Positions 31,289-41,264 of a DNA stretch of 64,000 bases are shown here, one piece after another. The translations under genes were made by a program, and so were the position numbers. Source of the DNA: Methanobacteriota archaeon (GTDB lineage Archaea; Halobacteriota; Bog-38; Methanoflorentales; Methanoflorentaceae); the NCBI GenBank assembly GCA_963748445.1, contig CAVVIU010000004.1:46390-110389 (forward strand), written 5' to 3'. The first letter of the stretch is position 1, and each line of letters opens with the position of its first letter. The notes beneath the pieces were generated by a model. It made no database searches, had not been told where the DNA came from, and was given only the letters and a program-made list of their open reading frames with translations.

Positions 31289-31328
31289 TTTGTGCTATAC
31301 TTCAAGATTGAAATATTTCCGTGAGGCG

Positions 31329-31695
31329 CTAGGCCCCCTGTAACTCACCTGCTTCTCCTAATGCTTTTCTTAACTGCTGTTGAAGTTGCTGAAATCGAGT
31401 TTGAACTCGCTCCTCCTGCCTCTCAAGACTTTTTAATCGCACATTATACGTTTCCTGTTTATCAGTTAGCTCTACTTTAACGGCTTCTCTACTTGACTTG
31501 ATGAGGATTTCCCCAGCACTTTTATATATTACGGCATTTTCGTTCAGCTTTTCGAGCCTCTTCAAGCGTTTGTTTGGCTTCAGATAACGCAAGTTCAAGC
31601 TGAGTTTTTTGTACAGAAAGCGCTTGGGCCTGTTGCTGAAGCTGTTGCAGCTGTGCTAATTGATTTTGAATTTGCGGTGGTAATTCGGTACTCAT
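31329..31695 (-). pseudogene. pfdB: prefoldin beta subunit, with the frame broken by one extra base at 31557
   Basis: The ATG at 31695 gives MSTELPPQIQNQLAQLQQLQQQAQALSVQKTQLELALSEAKQTLEE. The next frame continues LEKLNENAVIYKSAGEILIKSSREAVKVEL.... The length is 3n+1. Confidence 0.8.
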
Positions 31696-31770
31696 TTAAA
31701 TTTCTCCTATTAAAGTCAATTTAAAATTACGTCTCGACTGATCTGTAAGTACTAATCAAAATCGATTTTT

Positions 31771-32043
31771 TTATTTTTGTTCATTTTGATGATAACTGTG
31801 TTCTTTTGATAATATACTTTCCATATCAGCTGCAACCGACACTAATCCCAACCACGTATTCGTTGCAGCTCTGAATGAAGAGATATCGTCAGCTTCCATG
31901 CTAATAATGAGCTTTCCACACTTTTTTGATATTGCTACTCTTGACCGCTGTAGGCAGGTAGGAGGAACTGAAAGCTCTGGGATTAGTGCCAAATATATTT
32001 GGTCTAAATCTTTTATATCAAGAATATATTTAGCTCGCAGCAT
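31771..32043 (-). CDS. KEOPS complex subunit Pcc1-like protein
   Basis: 90 aa; LIISMEADDISSFRAATNTWLGLVSVA matches the Pcc1/CTAG pattern. It sits in the usual superoperon position next to prefoldin beta. Confidence 0.7.
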   Translation of the reverse strand: MLRAKYILDIKDLDQIYLALIPELSVPPTCLQRSRVAISKKCGKLIISMEADDISSFRAATNTWLGLVSVAADMESILSKEHSYHQNEQK

Positions 32044-32231
32044 CGTATGGATAAAAAAATAGAATGACAGTAGACCTTTATATTTTGAGAGCCAGCTTTG
32101 TTCCTTTTTAAAAATTCGATCGCGTTGAACTCGATTTGCTTAAAGTGTTACGTTCACTAAATTATTTATACAATCATTATTGAATCTTATGGAAGTTAAG
32201 CGAATGGTTTAAGGCAGACACTTTAAGCGTA

Positions 32232-32378
32232 TCAGGATACCTTAACCCGCTTTATCACTGTTGGTCGCTCTTTAATCAGTATTCTATGACCGCAATAAGG
32301 ACATCTAATTCCACCATATTCCGACTCTATTTCTACAGGTCTCTTACACCGTGCGCATTTGTAAATCAAAACCCTCAC
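32232..32378 (-). CDS. rpoP: DNA-directed RNA polymerase subunit P (Rpo12)
   Basis: Not in the ORF track because it is under 60 aa. My translation is (V)[47 protein letters not shown], a four-Cys zinc ribbon immediately after rpl37ae. Confidence 0.8.
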   Translation of the reverse strand: MRVLIYKCARCKRPVEIESEYGGIRCPYCGHRILIKERPTVIKRVKVS

Positions 32379-32403
32379 CCCCTTTAATTATCCAGTTACG
32401 CAG

Positions 32404-32695
32404 TTACTCTTCCTGCTCGCTTGCACGCTTAATTGAACGCTCTACGGACTTTCCAATAGGAGTGTACGGTACATAAGCACCTCCAGCAAATGTTATCTCG
32501 CACCTAGAGCATTCCCAAATGCCTGTACTTTTTCTTGATACTCCCTTTCTGCCGCAATTTGGACACTATATGATCCTGATGCATGAGTCCTTCTATATCG
32601 GCTACCCTCTTTCTAATCTTGCGACCATATCTCGGCCCAAAGCGACCAGCTGATCGCGTTTTTCGTCCTTTCTTTCGACCGCCCTTTTTAACCAC
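32404..32695 (-). pseudogene. rpl37ae: 50S ribosomal protein L37Ae, with the frame broken by one extra base at 32566
   Basis: ...[29 protein letters not shown] is followed in the next frame by [53 protein letters not shown]. Confidence 0.9.
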
Positions 32696-33483
32696 TTATA
32701 ACATCTCCAAAAACGTGCTCTCTAATCTGTTTTGCTTTGCTGGTTGCAAGTTTGACGATTCTACTGATCTCCTCAGATGAAAGCGTTCCAGTCCCACTCT
32801 TTTGCATACCGGAAAGGGCACCTTGTAAACCTGATATTACTGTAAGCCTTGAAGAAGCTATAGTGTCCTCATCTAATGATGGGTCAAGCATTACTTCCCC
32901 ACCAATGTCGACTGCCGTAATTGCCGACGGGATACTCCCCGATCGGCAACGATTGATTATCGCCATAGCCATATTTCTCGGACGGAGTCGTAGCGTTGAT
33001 GAGAGCCGCCAGGGCTCCTAGCGCTGCTGCATCCATCAGGTTTCCATCGTGGTCAAGAACATGAACATCTATAAACACTAACCATACTTTTCCATCCGGT
33101 AAATTCAATGTTGATAAATCAATCGCTCCTGATTCTCTCACTCCGCGATCTACGACGCGTGCTAACTCTATAGCATTCTCATCTGGAGGACCTGGTTCAA
33201 AAGAAGGCGATGCAAGAGGCACGAGTTCGACATTAGTAATAATCACTCCCATATTAGGCGCATCAGGAAATGGGTCTCCAGGTTGAATTTTTACCCCAAC
33301 CATCACTTGGGTGTTGCCGATCTTAACTCTTGCAGAGCCCTCAGCTTTATCGATTAACCCCATCTCTACACTTATCGGCCTGTATTCATCAAAAGCTCTT
33401 CCGTCCACTCGCTCTTTCCGCTTTGCAAGGTTGTAAATATAATCCTTTCTGATCTCTGCTATGACATCATTCATACTCTTCAC
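32688..33483 (-). pseudogene. rrp42: exosome complex component Rrp42, with the frame broken by one extra base at 32925
   Basis: RNase PH-like: RVDGRAFDEYRPISVEMG... ...GDNQSLPIGEYPV continues in the next frame as AITAVDIGGEVMLDPSLDEDTIASSRLTV.... Confidence 0.85.
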
Positions 33484-34177
33484 CCTGGAACTTTTGGATC
33501 AAAGCCTCTCGTTGCATTTCGGATATTATAGCACATCCCTGTTTTGCCAATTCTAGAGCTTTTTCGAACTCATCGAACGTCAAATGTCCGTCCATCTGAA
33601 GCAACGTTATTTGACCAGTTCTGACATCCATCGCGACAGGCATATCTGCTTGTCCGTAATTGTCTTCCTCTTTTATTAAATCTAAGACAACCGTATCGTC
33701 TACTTTTCCAACTGCGCAAGCTGAGATCAAGCCTTTCATAGGTACGCCCGCGTCAGCAAGTGCAACCGAAGCCGCATTTATTCCAGCGGCCCTAGTCCCT
33801 GCATCGGCTTGAAGTATCTCGACAAATATGTCAACTGTTGATCTCGGATAAAACTCTTTCATTATTAATGGGTCTATGGCCTCTCTACTCACTTTCGAGA
33901 TCTCAACACTCCTCCGATCTGGTCCAGGCCTTCGCCTTTCATCAACTGAAAAAGATGCCATATTATACCTATATCGTATTATAGCGCGGCTGGCTTCTTG
34001 TAAATGCCTAGGATGAACTCCTCGTGGCCCATATACTGCTGCAATGACTTTGTTTCCTCCATGCTCAACGTAACATGACCCATCTGCCCTTTCCAACACC
34101 CCTACTTCAAACTTAATAGGCCGAAGCTCATCTGGGAGCCGATTATCTATCCTCTTACCATTGGTTATGAACTCCAT
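33467..34177 (-). CDS. rrp41: exosome complex exonuclease Rrp41
   Basis: [44 protein letters not shown] and [24 protein letters not shown]. Confidence 0.9.
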   Translation of the reverse strand: MEFITNGKRIDNRLPDELRPIKFEVGVLERADGSCYVEHGGNKVIAAVYGPRGVHPRHLQEASRAIIRYRYNMASFSVDERRRPGPDRRSVEISKVSREAIDPLIMKEFYPRSTVDIFVEILQADAGTRAAGINAASVALADAGVPMKGLISACAVGKVDDTVVLDLIKEEDNYGQADMPVAMDVRTGQITLLQMDGHLTFDEFEKALELAKQGCAIISEMQREALIQKFQGEEYE

Positions 34178-34847
34178 GCTTTTCCTCCTCTAGGAATTTT
34201 GTAATTCGGTCAGTGAGGCCTGACGTGTGTGCCTCTTGCTCAATCTTCTTTATAGCCCTCACCGCCAAATCTTCATCAGATTCTTTTCCACTAATCCATA
34301 TTCGGCCGTTCTTACCCACAAAAATATTGATATTGAGCGTACTCTTTAACAAACTTATCATGGACCCGGCTCTTCCTATGACTCTGGGTACTTTCGAATA
34401 AGAAAGTTCTACTATCCTCCCATCTCTGAGTACCCTAAGCTGACCATCTTTTAGTTCCAGCTCAATTTTCATTGAAGAGTCTACATCTATAACCTTGAAT
34501 ATCGCAAGATCTCCTACACGCATTATCTTCGACATTTCACTGGAATCAATTCTACGAGGGTACTCTGAAATATGCATTAGCGCCTCATACGGCGAGTTAA
34601 TATCTACTTTCCAGTTGGAGAAACTAATGTCAGCTATCATCCCTATGACAACATCCCCAATTGCAGGGATATACTTTCCAGATAGTGGAATTACACGTAG
34701 CTTATCTTTGTCATCAAAAATTCCGTAAATGAGGGAATATACCTTTCCATTCTCAACATATGTTCCCTCACCTGACTTTGTGGGATCGTCAGAAATTAGG
34801 TCTCCAGGAACGACAATGTTTTTATCCACCCTCTCCTTATTTTTCAT
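34155..34847 (-). CDS. rrp4: exosome complex RNA-binding subunit Rrp4 (S1 + KH)
   Basis: [11 protein letters not shown], an S1-like [20 protein letters not shown], and a KH-like [15 protein letters not shown]. Confidence 0.85.
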   Translation of the reverse strand: MKNKERVDKNIVVPGDLISDDPTKSGEGTYVENGKVYSLIYGIFDDKDKLRVIPLSGKYIPAIGDVVIGMIADISFSNWKVDINSPYEALMHISEYPRRIDSSEMSKIMRVGDLAIFKVIDVDSSMKIELELKDGQLRVLRDGRIVELSYSKVPRVIGRAGSMISLLKSTLNINIFVGKNGRIWISGKESDEDLAVRAIKKIEQEAHTSGLTDRITKFLEEEKHGVHNQW

Positions 34848-35554
34848 TTCGTACCATCCCGCTTTACTATCCGTGTCTCGGCCTCGCCTTTGGTAAGCCG
34901 ATTAACAAGCTCATAAAAGTCGTTCTGCAATCCTGCGGGAAACCTAACCACTCCGATCCAAGAACCGTCCTTTTGCCAACCTTCTTTTACCATGGTTCCA
35001 AAATTCTGGATTTCTCCGTAAGACTTTACCGTATAATCAGCTGGTATCTTAACAGCGATGTCGATTTCTTCAAATCTTATTGGGATAATGGGGCGGATTG
35101 CCTTCATCACGATACCAACCAGTTCATCGACTTTTTTGAAAGGATCTATATTCACCTTTGCCTCTTCCATTGCTTTTTCAATCCTCGCAGGTGGATGAGG
35201 TGACCCAGTCTGCGGATTCACCGCATTTCTTACAATGATATTCACAACTTGCTTTCTCTTATGCTCCTGAATTCTTCGACGCTGTTCAGAGGTAAGGTGG
35301 ATTTCACCCTCTTTAATTATTTTTTCTGCAACTTCAATAGTGTCAACGGTTCCGAAGATCTTTTTTAACCCCTCTTCGGATGCCTTGTCTCCTCGTGAAG
35401 CATGTTTAAAAATTTCTTCGACAACTAGTGCTCCTTCAATATCGGAATCCCGGTCTTCTCTTATTAAGAGCGCTTTATCAGGATCTACTAGCACTTCAAA
35501 ATGTTCTCCACCCCTAACGTATCGAGCTGTCACAGCTTCATCAAGAGTGGTCAT
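34844..35554 (-). CDS. SBDS-family ribosome maturation protein
   Basis: VTARYVRGGEHFEVLVDPDKAL..., in the canonical position between psmA and rrp4. Confidence 0.85.
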   Translation of the reverse strand: MTTLDEAVTARYVRGGEHFEVLVDPDKALLIREDRDSDIEGALVVEEIFKHASRGDKASEEGLKKIFGTVDTIEVAEKIIKEGEIHLTSEQRRRIQEHKRKQVVNIIVRNAVNPQTGSPHPPARIEKAMEEAKVNIDPFKKVDELVGIVMKAIRPIIPIRFEEIDIAVKIPADYTVKSYGEIQNFGTMVKEGWQKDGSWIGVVRFPAGLQNDFYELVNRLTKGEAETRIVKRDGTK

Positions 35555-35610
35555 CTTTTTCCCTCAAGTCTGCTATTGTCCACTTTAACTTGCCTTGGCG
35601 GGATTACATT

Positions 35611-36346
35611 CTATGGCGCGAGCCTTTTTAATATGCTTTTTACGTAAACTTCAACCTTTTCAGCTTCAATCTTTTTAAATTTGTAATCACTTGCGTCAAC
35701 GACTGCAATCTCTAAAGTGTCGACAGTTAACTTTCCCTCGGTAGCCTTATAAACAGCTTCAAGCCCGAGATCTATTGCCTTTCCAATGTTAGCTTTTTCA
35801 TCATATTTCTCTTCAAGAACTTCCATTACTGCGTTTCTTCCAGATCCAATTCCGGTAGCTTTAACCATCAAAAGCGCACCGCTAGGGTCAGTCTCGAAAA
35901 GCCGAGGGCCTTCATCATCCACCCCGCCAATGAGCAGTGCAGTTCCATAAGGTCTCACGCCTCCATACTGGGTAAAGGTTTGCTTGTGATCACAAATCTT
36001 TTTTGCAAGAACTTCAACCCCAATAGGCTCATTGTATACGACCCTATTTATTTGGGCATCCACGCGCGCGCGATCTACAAGGGCACGGGCATCTGCAACT
36101 AGACCTGAAGTTACTGCGCCAATGTGATCATCTATTTGAAATATCTTCTCTGTCGACTGGGGCTCCAAAAGCCTACTTGTAATCCTCTTATCGACAAGAA
36201 GTACTACTCCATCGCTTGCTTTTATGCCAACTGACGTTGTGCCTCTTTTGACTCGCTTCACGAGCATACTCAACTTGAAAGAGTCTACCATCTGGTGAAA
36301 AGACCGTTATAGCTCTATCATACCCCATTTGCGGTGCCATCTGCAT
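35611..36346 (-). pseudogene. psmA: proteasome subunit alpha, with the frame broken by one extra base at 36253
   Basis: The ATG at 36346 gives [31 protein letters not shown]. The next frame continues [23 protein letters not shown].... The length is 3n+1. Confidence 0.9.
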
Positions 36347-36849
36347 TATATCAGCTCCTTATTATCGTATATCGTAATGCCAACTAGTCCGACATCTGAA
36401 CGATCTATGACTTTATTATCATCTGGAACTATATCAATTTCGCTATCACATATTCTAACAGCCCTTCCAGATATGGGCTTTGTAATATTAAAAGATGTGT
36501 TATGTTTTAACTTCTTTTCAACTTGTAAATACTTTTTTTTAGCTCCCGCTATCGTTCCTGATACCCCAAGAACTCGTGCACTAAGCCTAGAACTTTTTAC
36601 TTTGTAAAGTGTAGCAAGCACAGTTCTTGCATCTTCTGTGCTTGTATGACTACATCTTAGAAGTCCCTTCTGACGCGCGAAGCTAATAAGCTCAATTCTA
36701 ATGTTAGTTAAGCCTAAATCTCCAAATAAGGAGGTTGTTGAAGAGAGGATCTCATTTTTTAAATCTTGAGCTTTTATGAACTCTTCTGAAATAACGTCAA
36801 AAGCCACGTATCTAACGTTTTCTCGTAACGTTGGAGGCAGAACTTTCAT
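36346..36849 (-). CDS. rnp2: RNase P protein component 2 (Pop5/Rpp14 homologue)
   Basis: [16 protein letters not shown]... N-terminus, positioned between rnp3 and psmA. Confidence 0.75.
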   Translation of the reverse strand: MKVLPPTLRENVRYVAFDVISEEFIKAQDLKNEILSSTTSLFGDLGLTNIRIELISFARQKGLLRCSHTSTEDARTVLATLYKVKSSRLSARVLGVSGTIAGAKKKYLQVEKKLKHNTSFNITKPISGRAVRICDSEIDIVPDDNKVIDRSDVGLVGITIYDNKELI

Positions 36850-37511
36850 AAATGCTGCTCCTCGGAAGTAACAGCTTTTAGCCTTGTGTTCACGATACCA
36901 TGGGGGGTATCACCAAGCGCAGACTCTGATTCTGCCCGATCCATTCCAATAAGCCTAGATAGCGCTTTGACCTCCCGTGGTGCTCTAACATCATAATGGG
37001 AGAGCGCTCCGCTCGTAAGAACAACCTTCAGTGCAAACTTTCTACATATAATAAAATTTTTACGCTGAAATGCCAATAATTTGGATCTATAGAATCCCCT
37101 GTGCTTCCATAGATAATCAATGCTGAAACCTATTGCTACGTGATTTCTTTTTGCAAGTTTTGCCAAGGTTTGATTCAGTCCATTATTTGGTCCAAGCTCG
37201 GGATGGATGAGTACATCTACCCTTTTGTCGCTACAAGCTACTCTATTTATCTTCTCATCCCCGCCGTGAACTGCTAAGATCGTTACTTTACCACGGTAGA
37301 TGTCAATTAGATTTCGCAACATCTGCGCGCCCGTTGCAACCAATTCAATGCCAGAAATGATATCTTGAGATTCCATAGGTTGCCAATAAGTCGAATGATT
37401 TGTTATCGCTATATTTGTAAAGCCATACCTCTCTGATGCCAATTTGAGCCTCTTTGGTGAATCAGCACATTCTGGGAGGGAATGAACACAAAGATCGTAG
37501 TATTCAATCAT
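36846..37511 (-). CDS. rnp3: RNase P protein component 3 (Rpp30 homologue, PHP-like TIM barrel)
   Basis: YYDLCVHS...IAITNH...DVLIHPE.... It has a 4-nt overlap with rnp2. Confidence 0.8.
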   Translation of the reverse strand: MIEYYDLCVHSLPECADSPKRLKLASERYGFTNIAITNHSTYWQPMESQDIISGIELVATGAQMLRNLIDIYRGKVTILAVHGGDEKINRVACSDKRVDVLIHPELGPNNGLNQTLAKLAKRNHVAIGFSIDYLWKHRGFYRSKLLAFQRKNFIICRKFALKVVLTSGALSHYDVRAPREVKALSRLIGMDRAESESALGDTPHGIVNTRLKAVTSEEQHL

Positions 37512-38010
37512 CCCTCAACAAACCTCTTGCAACTTCTAGTGCCTTTTCCTTACGGGCAGGATATGCTGCTACCTTCACTCGCACTAAAATAGGATCATCT
37601 TTTCCGAGTCTAATCGAGTTCCTTACCGCTTCCTGCTTGTCAACCCGAATAAACAAGACTCCTTCATCATCTACATAGCTCTCCAAATCATTAAGAAGTT
37701 TATTTACATCATTTTTCGGAAGATTTCGCTTTATGAGGTCTAAAAACTTAATTATGTCTCTGGGTCTCTTTATTTTAACTGTGAGTATCTCTATGGGATT
37801 CTGATAATGTCCCGTCGCATGTTCTTTTTGAACTTTTGCGTCGTCCGGCAAAAATATTTTAAGGGCGTTTAAAACCTTATCTTCATCCTCTGTTGCGTGA
37901 ACGAAAACGCTTATATTGACACTGTGCACTGTTTTAAATCTTTTAGACTCAATTTGAGAATCCTTCGCTCTTTGAGGCATCTCAAAATGACTTCTATAAG
38001 CAGTAATCAC
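37504..38010 (-). CDS. superoperon-associated RNA-binding protein (COG1325/DUF54-like)
   Basis: VNISVFVHATEDEDKVLNALKIFLP is typical of this family. It sits between L15e and rnp3, as in other archaea. Confidence 0.65.
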   Translation of the reverse strand: MITAYRSHFEMPQRAKDSQIESKRFKTVHSVNISVFVHATEDEDKVLNALKIFLPDDAKVQKEHATGHYQNPIEILTVKIKRPRDIIKFLDLIKRNLPKNDVNKLLNDLESYVDDEGVLFIRVDKQEAVRNSIRLGKDDPILVRVKVAAYPARKEKALEVARGLLRDD

Positions 38011-38013
38011 TTG

Positions 38014-38595
38014 TTATTTTCCTGTTCTACCGTGAGCACTGAGAGATGGTCGTGTTTTTTCCGTACCTCTGCCCCTCTTTCTCATCCCACGACCCTTCGT
38101 ACCTGCACTTGTCTTGCCGCGAAAAGCTCGCCCGACTGCCTTTGATATCCAATTCAAGTTTTTGTCATTTATAATGGAAGGATGATGAGGATCCACAAGA
38201 ATAACCTCGTACCACTTCGCTTTTCCATCTTGACCTACCCAGTATGAATTTAACACTTCTAGATTTGGAAACCTCTTTGCCGCGCGTTCTTCGGCTATTC
38301 TTTGTATACTTTTCCCAGCAGTGATTAAGTTAACTCCCATATGTTTGGTTCTTCTTCCACCGCGTGGTCTCGACTTCCTTCTGCCTCCACGCCGTACCCT
38401 TACTCGTGTAACAATTATACCGGGCTTTGCCTTATATCCAAGACTCCTCGCTCTATCAAGACGCGTGGGTCTTTCAATCCGAGTGACGGCTAGCTCACGT
38501 CTCCAATCTTGGAGTCTATACCACATTAATTGATCTACATAACTTTCATTAGGCGTTTTCCACGCATCTCGTATGTACGAATACATCGACTTCAT
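38014..38595 (-). CDS. rpl15e: 50S ribosomal protein L15e
   Basis: [12 protein letters not shown]..., [18 protein letters not shown], and [17 protein letters not shown]. Confidence 0.95.
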   Translation of the reverse strand: MKSMYSYIRDAWKTPNESYVDQLMWYRLQDWRRELAVTRIERPTRLDRARSLGYKAKPGIIVTRVRVRRGGRRKSRPRGGRRTKHMGVNLITAGKSIQRIAEERAAKRFPNLEVLNSYWVGQDGKAKWYEVILVDPHHPSIINDKNLNWISKAVGRAFRGKTSAGTKGRGMRKRGRGTEKTRPSLSAHGRTGK

Positions 38596-39422
38596 CTTTT
38601 GATCCCCATCCTAAACGGTTCAGCTTTAACGCTACATTCCTTGGGACTAGCGACTGATTAACATACAACATTAAATTTCTTTTTTTATCTATATTGCAAT
38701 AGAAAATAAACTTTTCCTAGAGGATTCTTATAAGTATGGGATATTGCATCAACAACATTGTAGATTTGGGAACACAGCTTTGATATCAAATTTTAAGCTA
38801 AAATCGAAGTATAAAACTAGCGGTCTTTCTTTGGTTAGAGAGATCTTTTATAGCAACTTTAGCTTTCGCAACTAAGTTGCTTCTACCATATGAATGAAAA
38901 GCGTTCTTTGTATATTTTTGCCATTTCTAATACATTTTGAATTCCATTATCGACCGCTCTTTGTTTTGAAGGACTTCAAGTGCTGATGCGAGTATCAGAG
39001 GATATATGAGGCCACTTACTTGGTCTGCTATACTCTAACTTCACCAAAAATTTATTGGATAGCCATCAGCAGCAGAAATTTTTTGTCTTGACCGTGGATA
39101 AAAATATGACATTCCAATCTTCTTGTTATTATGCTTGACAATTTCTCTCTCGTAAGAAAGAACTTCTAGCTCTCATAAATCAATTTCTTTGTGGTTAGAT
39201 GTAACCCCGACCGAATAAATATTTTGAGTTAAATTGAGGATCTCAGGCCGGTCATAGATGTGTTACCTGCGCGGCCTATTACTGCTTATTTTCCTTTAAC
39301 AGCATTGAGTCATTGGACTATGACTCGGTACCCCCTGTCCCTAGCTTGCACGCCCATCATTAATGGTAGTTTACAGAAAAACTTCTTCAGTTCATAATTT
39401 TGCTGCCTTTATCTAGACGGTA

Positions 39423-40620
39423 TCACTGTTTGGTACTTACTTTTTTATGTTTTGTAGAAGAGGTTATTTTAATCACGTCACCGTTCGAGAGAACATAATT
39501 TTCTCCTAATCTCTTTTTGCTTCGGACATCGATCGCATATAAGAATCCGTTCCCAATATCAGTATGCACTCTATAAGCTAGATCCTTTACGGTTTGTCCC
39601 CTCTTCATCAAAAAGGCATCAGGCAAAACATTTCCATAGCTGTCCGTAAGTTTATTTTCATCTTCAACAGGATACACTACTATATAATCTAAAACATCGA
39701 AAACAGCGCTGTTTATACAGGTTTGCACGCCTGTTCCGTCTTTAGCTATAAGTTTTGAAATTTTTTCAAGGCCTTTTCGTTGCTGCTCATTTACCGAACT
39801 GATGATGTTGAAATGCGTATCACCAGGGGTATAATCAATCAGCCCATTTTTGTGCGCGACACGCAGTGCAAGTTCAGCTTCAGCACTTGTCAATACAACA
39901 TAATCTGAAAGAGCCAAAAGCCTTTGTAAGTTTTGAACTGGAGCAATATCCTTTTTATTGGCCGCCACTATCATAGGTTTCGAAATCTTTCTTATCTCGT
40001 GAGAGAAATTCAGTATATCCGCTTCAGTCCAATTAATCGGTTTATTTGAAAGTCCGAGCTTAATTATCGAGCTTTTTATCTCATGCTCATTAACGTTTGT
40101 GCCCGCTAACTGAACTGCTAATAGATGTTCAATCTTTTCTTCTGATTGAGACTTTCTTGCGAGTCGATTCCAGTTTTTTTGAATTATCCCAAAAAGCCAC
40201 ATTGTAATTTCGTGGTGTAAGAAATCTACATCCTCCAAAGGATCGCGCATACCTACGCCTATCGGGTTGCCCTGGATATCAGTTCCTCCTGAAGCGTCGA
40301 TTACATTTATAATGGCCTCAGACTGCCGAACATTGTCGAGGAACGCATTGCCAAGCCCCTTACCTTTATGCGCCTCCGGCACTAACCCCGCAACATCAAT
40401 TAACTCAACAGGCACAAAGCGCGCACCTTTTATGCAATTCCCGCACTTGACACTTAGTTCCGTGCACGGGCATGGTAACTCTAACGTAAGTTACCCCAAG
40501 ATTTGCGCCGACTGTTGTAAATGGATAGTTCGCAATTTCGACGTCTACTAGGGTTGCCGCTTTAAAAAACGTAGACTTGCCTGTATTTGGCTTTCCAGAA
40601 AGGGCTATTGAAACCGTCAT
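39423..40620 (-). pseudogene. OBG-class GTPase with C-terminal TGS domain (Ygr210/YchF-like), with the frame broken by one extra base at 40476
   Basis: [19 protein letters not shown]...ANYPFTT...GVTYVRV is followed in the next frame by [43 protein letters not shown].... NKKD is present, and the TGS-like tail ends GDVIKI. Confidence 0.85.
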
Positions 40621-41264
40621 AATACTTTCACGTTAATCGCAGCAATTAATCGCTTCGCCCAACGAAGCTTCTTCTTTTTTATCTCTCCTACAGTGGCGTC
40701 CTCAAAATCAAATCCAATAATGCTAATTTCTTTTGCGCCCAGTTGTTTTGCTAAGTAAATTGCCCTATCACCATCAGTAAAGCCGCCAAAGTTAAACACA
40801 TTTGAAAGAGGGCGCGATTGCGTCGTGCCAATTATTTTTTGCAACTGAGGGACATAACTTTTTAACTTTGTAATGTTATCGCCATGCGCATGAACTACAA
40901 CTACAGCACATCGTTCGTTTGCCTTGATTATATCATCCATTACACCGTCGAGATCTGAAACAATAACGTGCGGAGTTATGCCTCGTGACAACAAAGTTGA
41001 GGTTGCCCCATCTGCTGCCACAATCACTTCTTTCTTCTTGGTCTGTAACTTTGTGACATCGTTTAAAAGACGTGGCGCTTTGCCACATACGATTACTTCT
41101 TTATCTTTTATTATATTCTGTAATTTTTCAAGCGTTAATAGAGAATTTCTCTTTTTCTTCAATAATTCAGATAGAAGTTGAGCAGAAGATTCATCTTCTT
41201 CTCGGCTGAACCCGAGATCATTAAGTATCTCCTCATAAATGGGTTCCCATTCGTTAAAGTTCAT
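40617..41264 (-). CDS. 6-hydroxymethyl-7,8-dihydropterin pyrophosphokinase MptE-like protein (DUF115)
   Basis: [41 protein letters not shown]. Confidence 0.75.
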   Translation of the reverse strand: MNFNEWEPIYEEILNDLGFSREEDESSAQLLSELLKKKRNSLLTLEKLQNIIKDKEVIVCGKAPRLLNDVTKLQTKKKEVIVAADGATSTLLSRGITPHVIVSDLDGVMDDIIKANERCAVVVVHAHGDNITKLKSYVPQLQKIIGTTQSRPLSNVFNFGGFTDGDRAIYLAKQLGAKEISIIGFDFEDATVGEIKKKKLRWAKRLIAAINVKVL

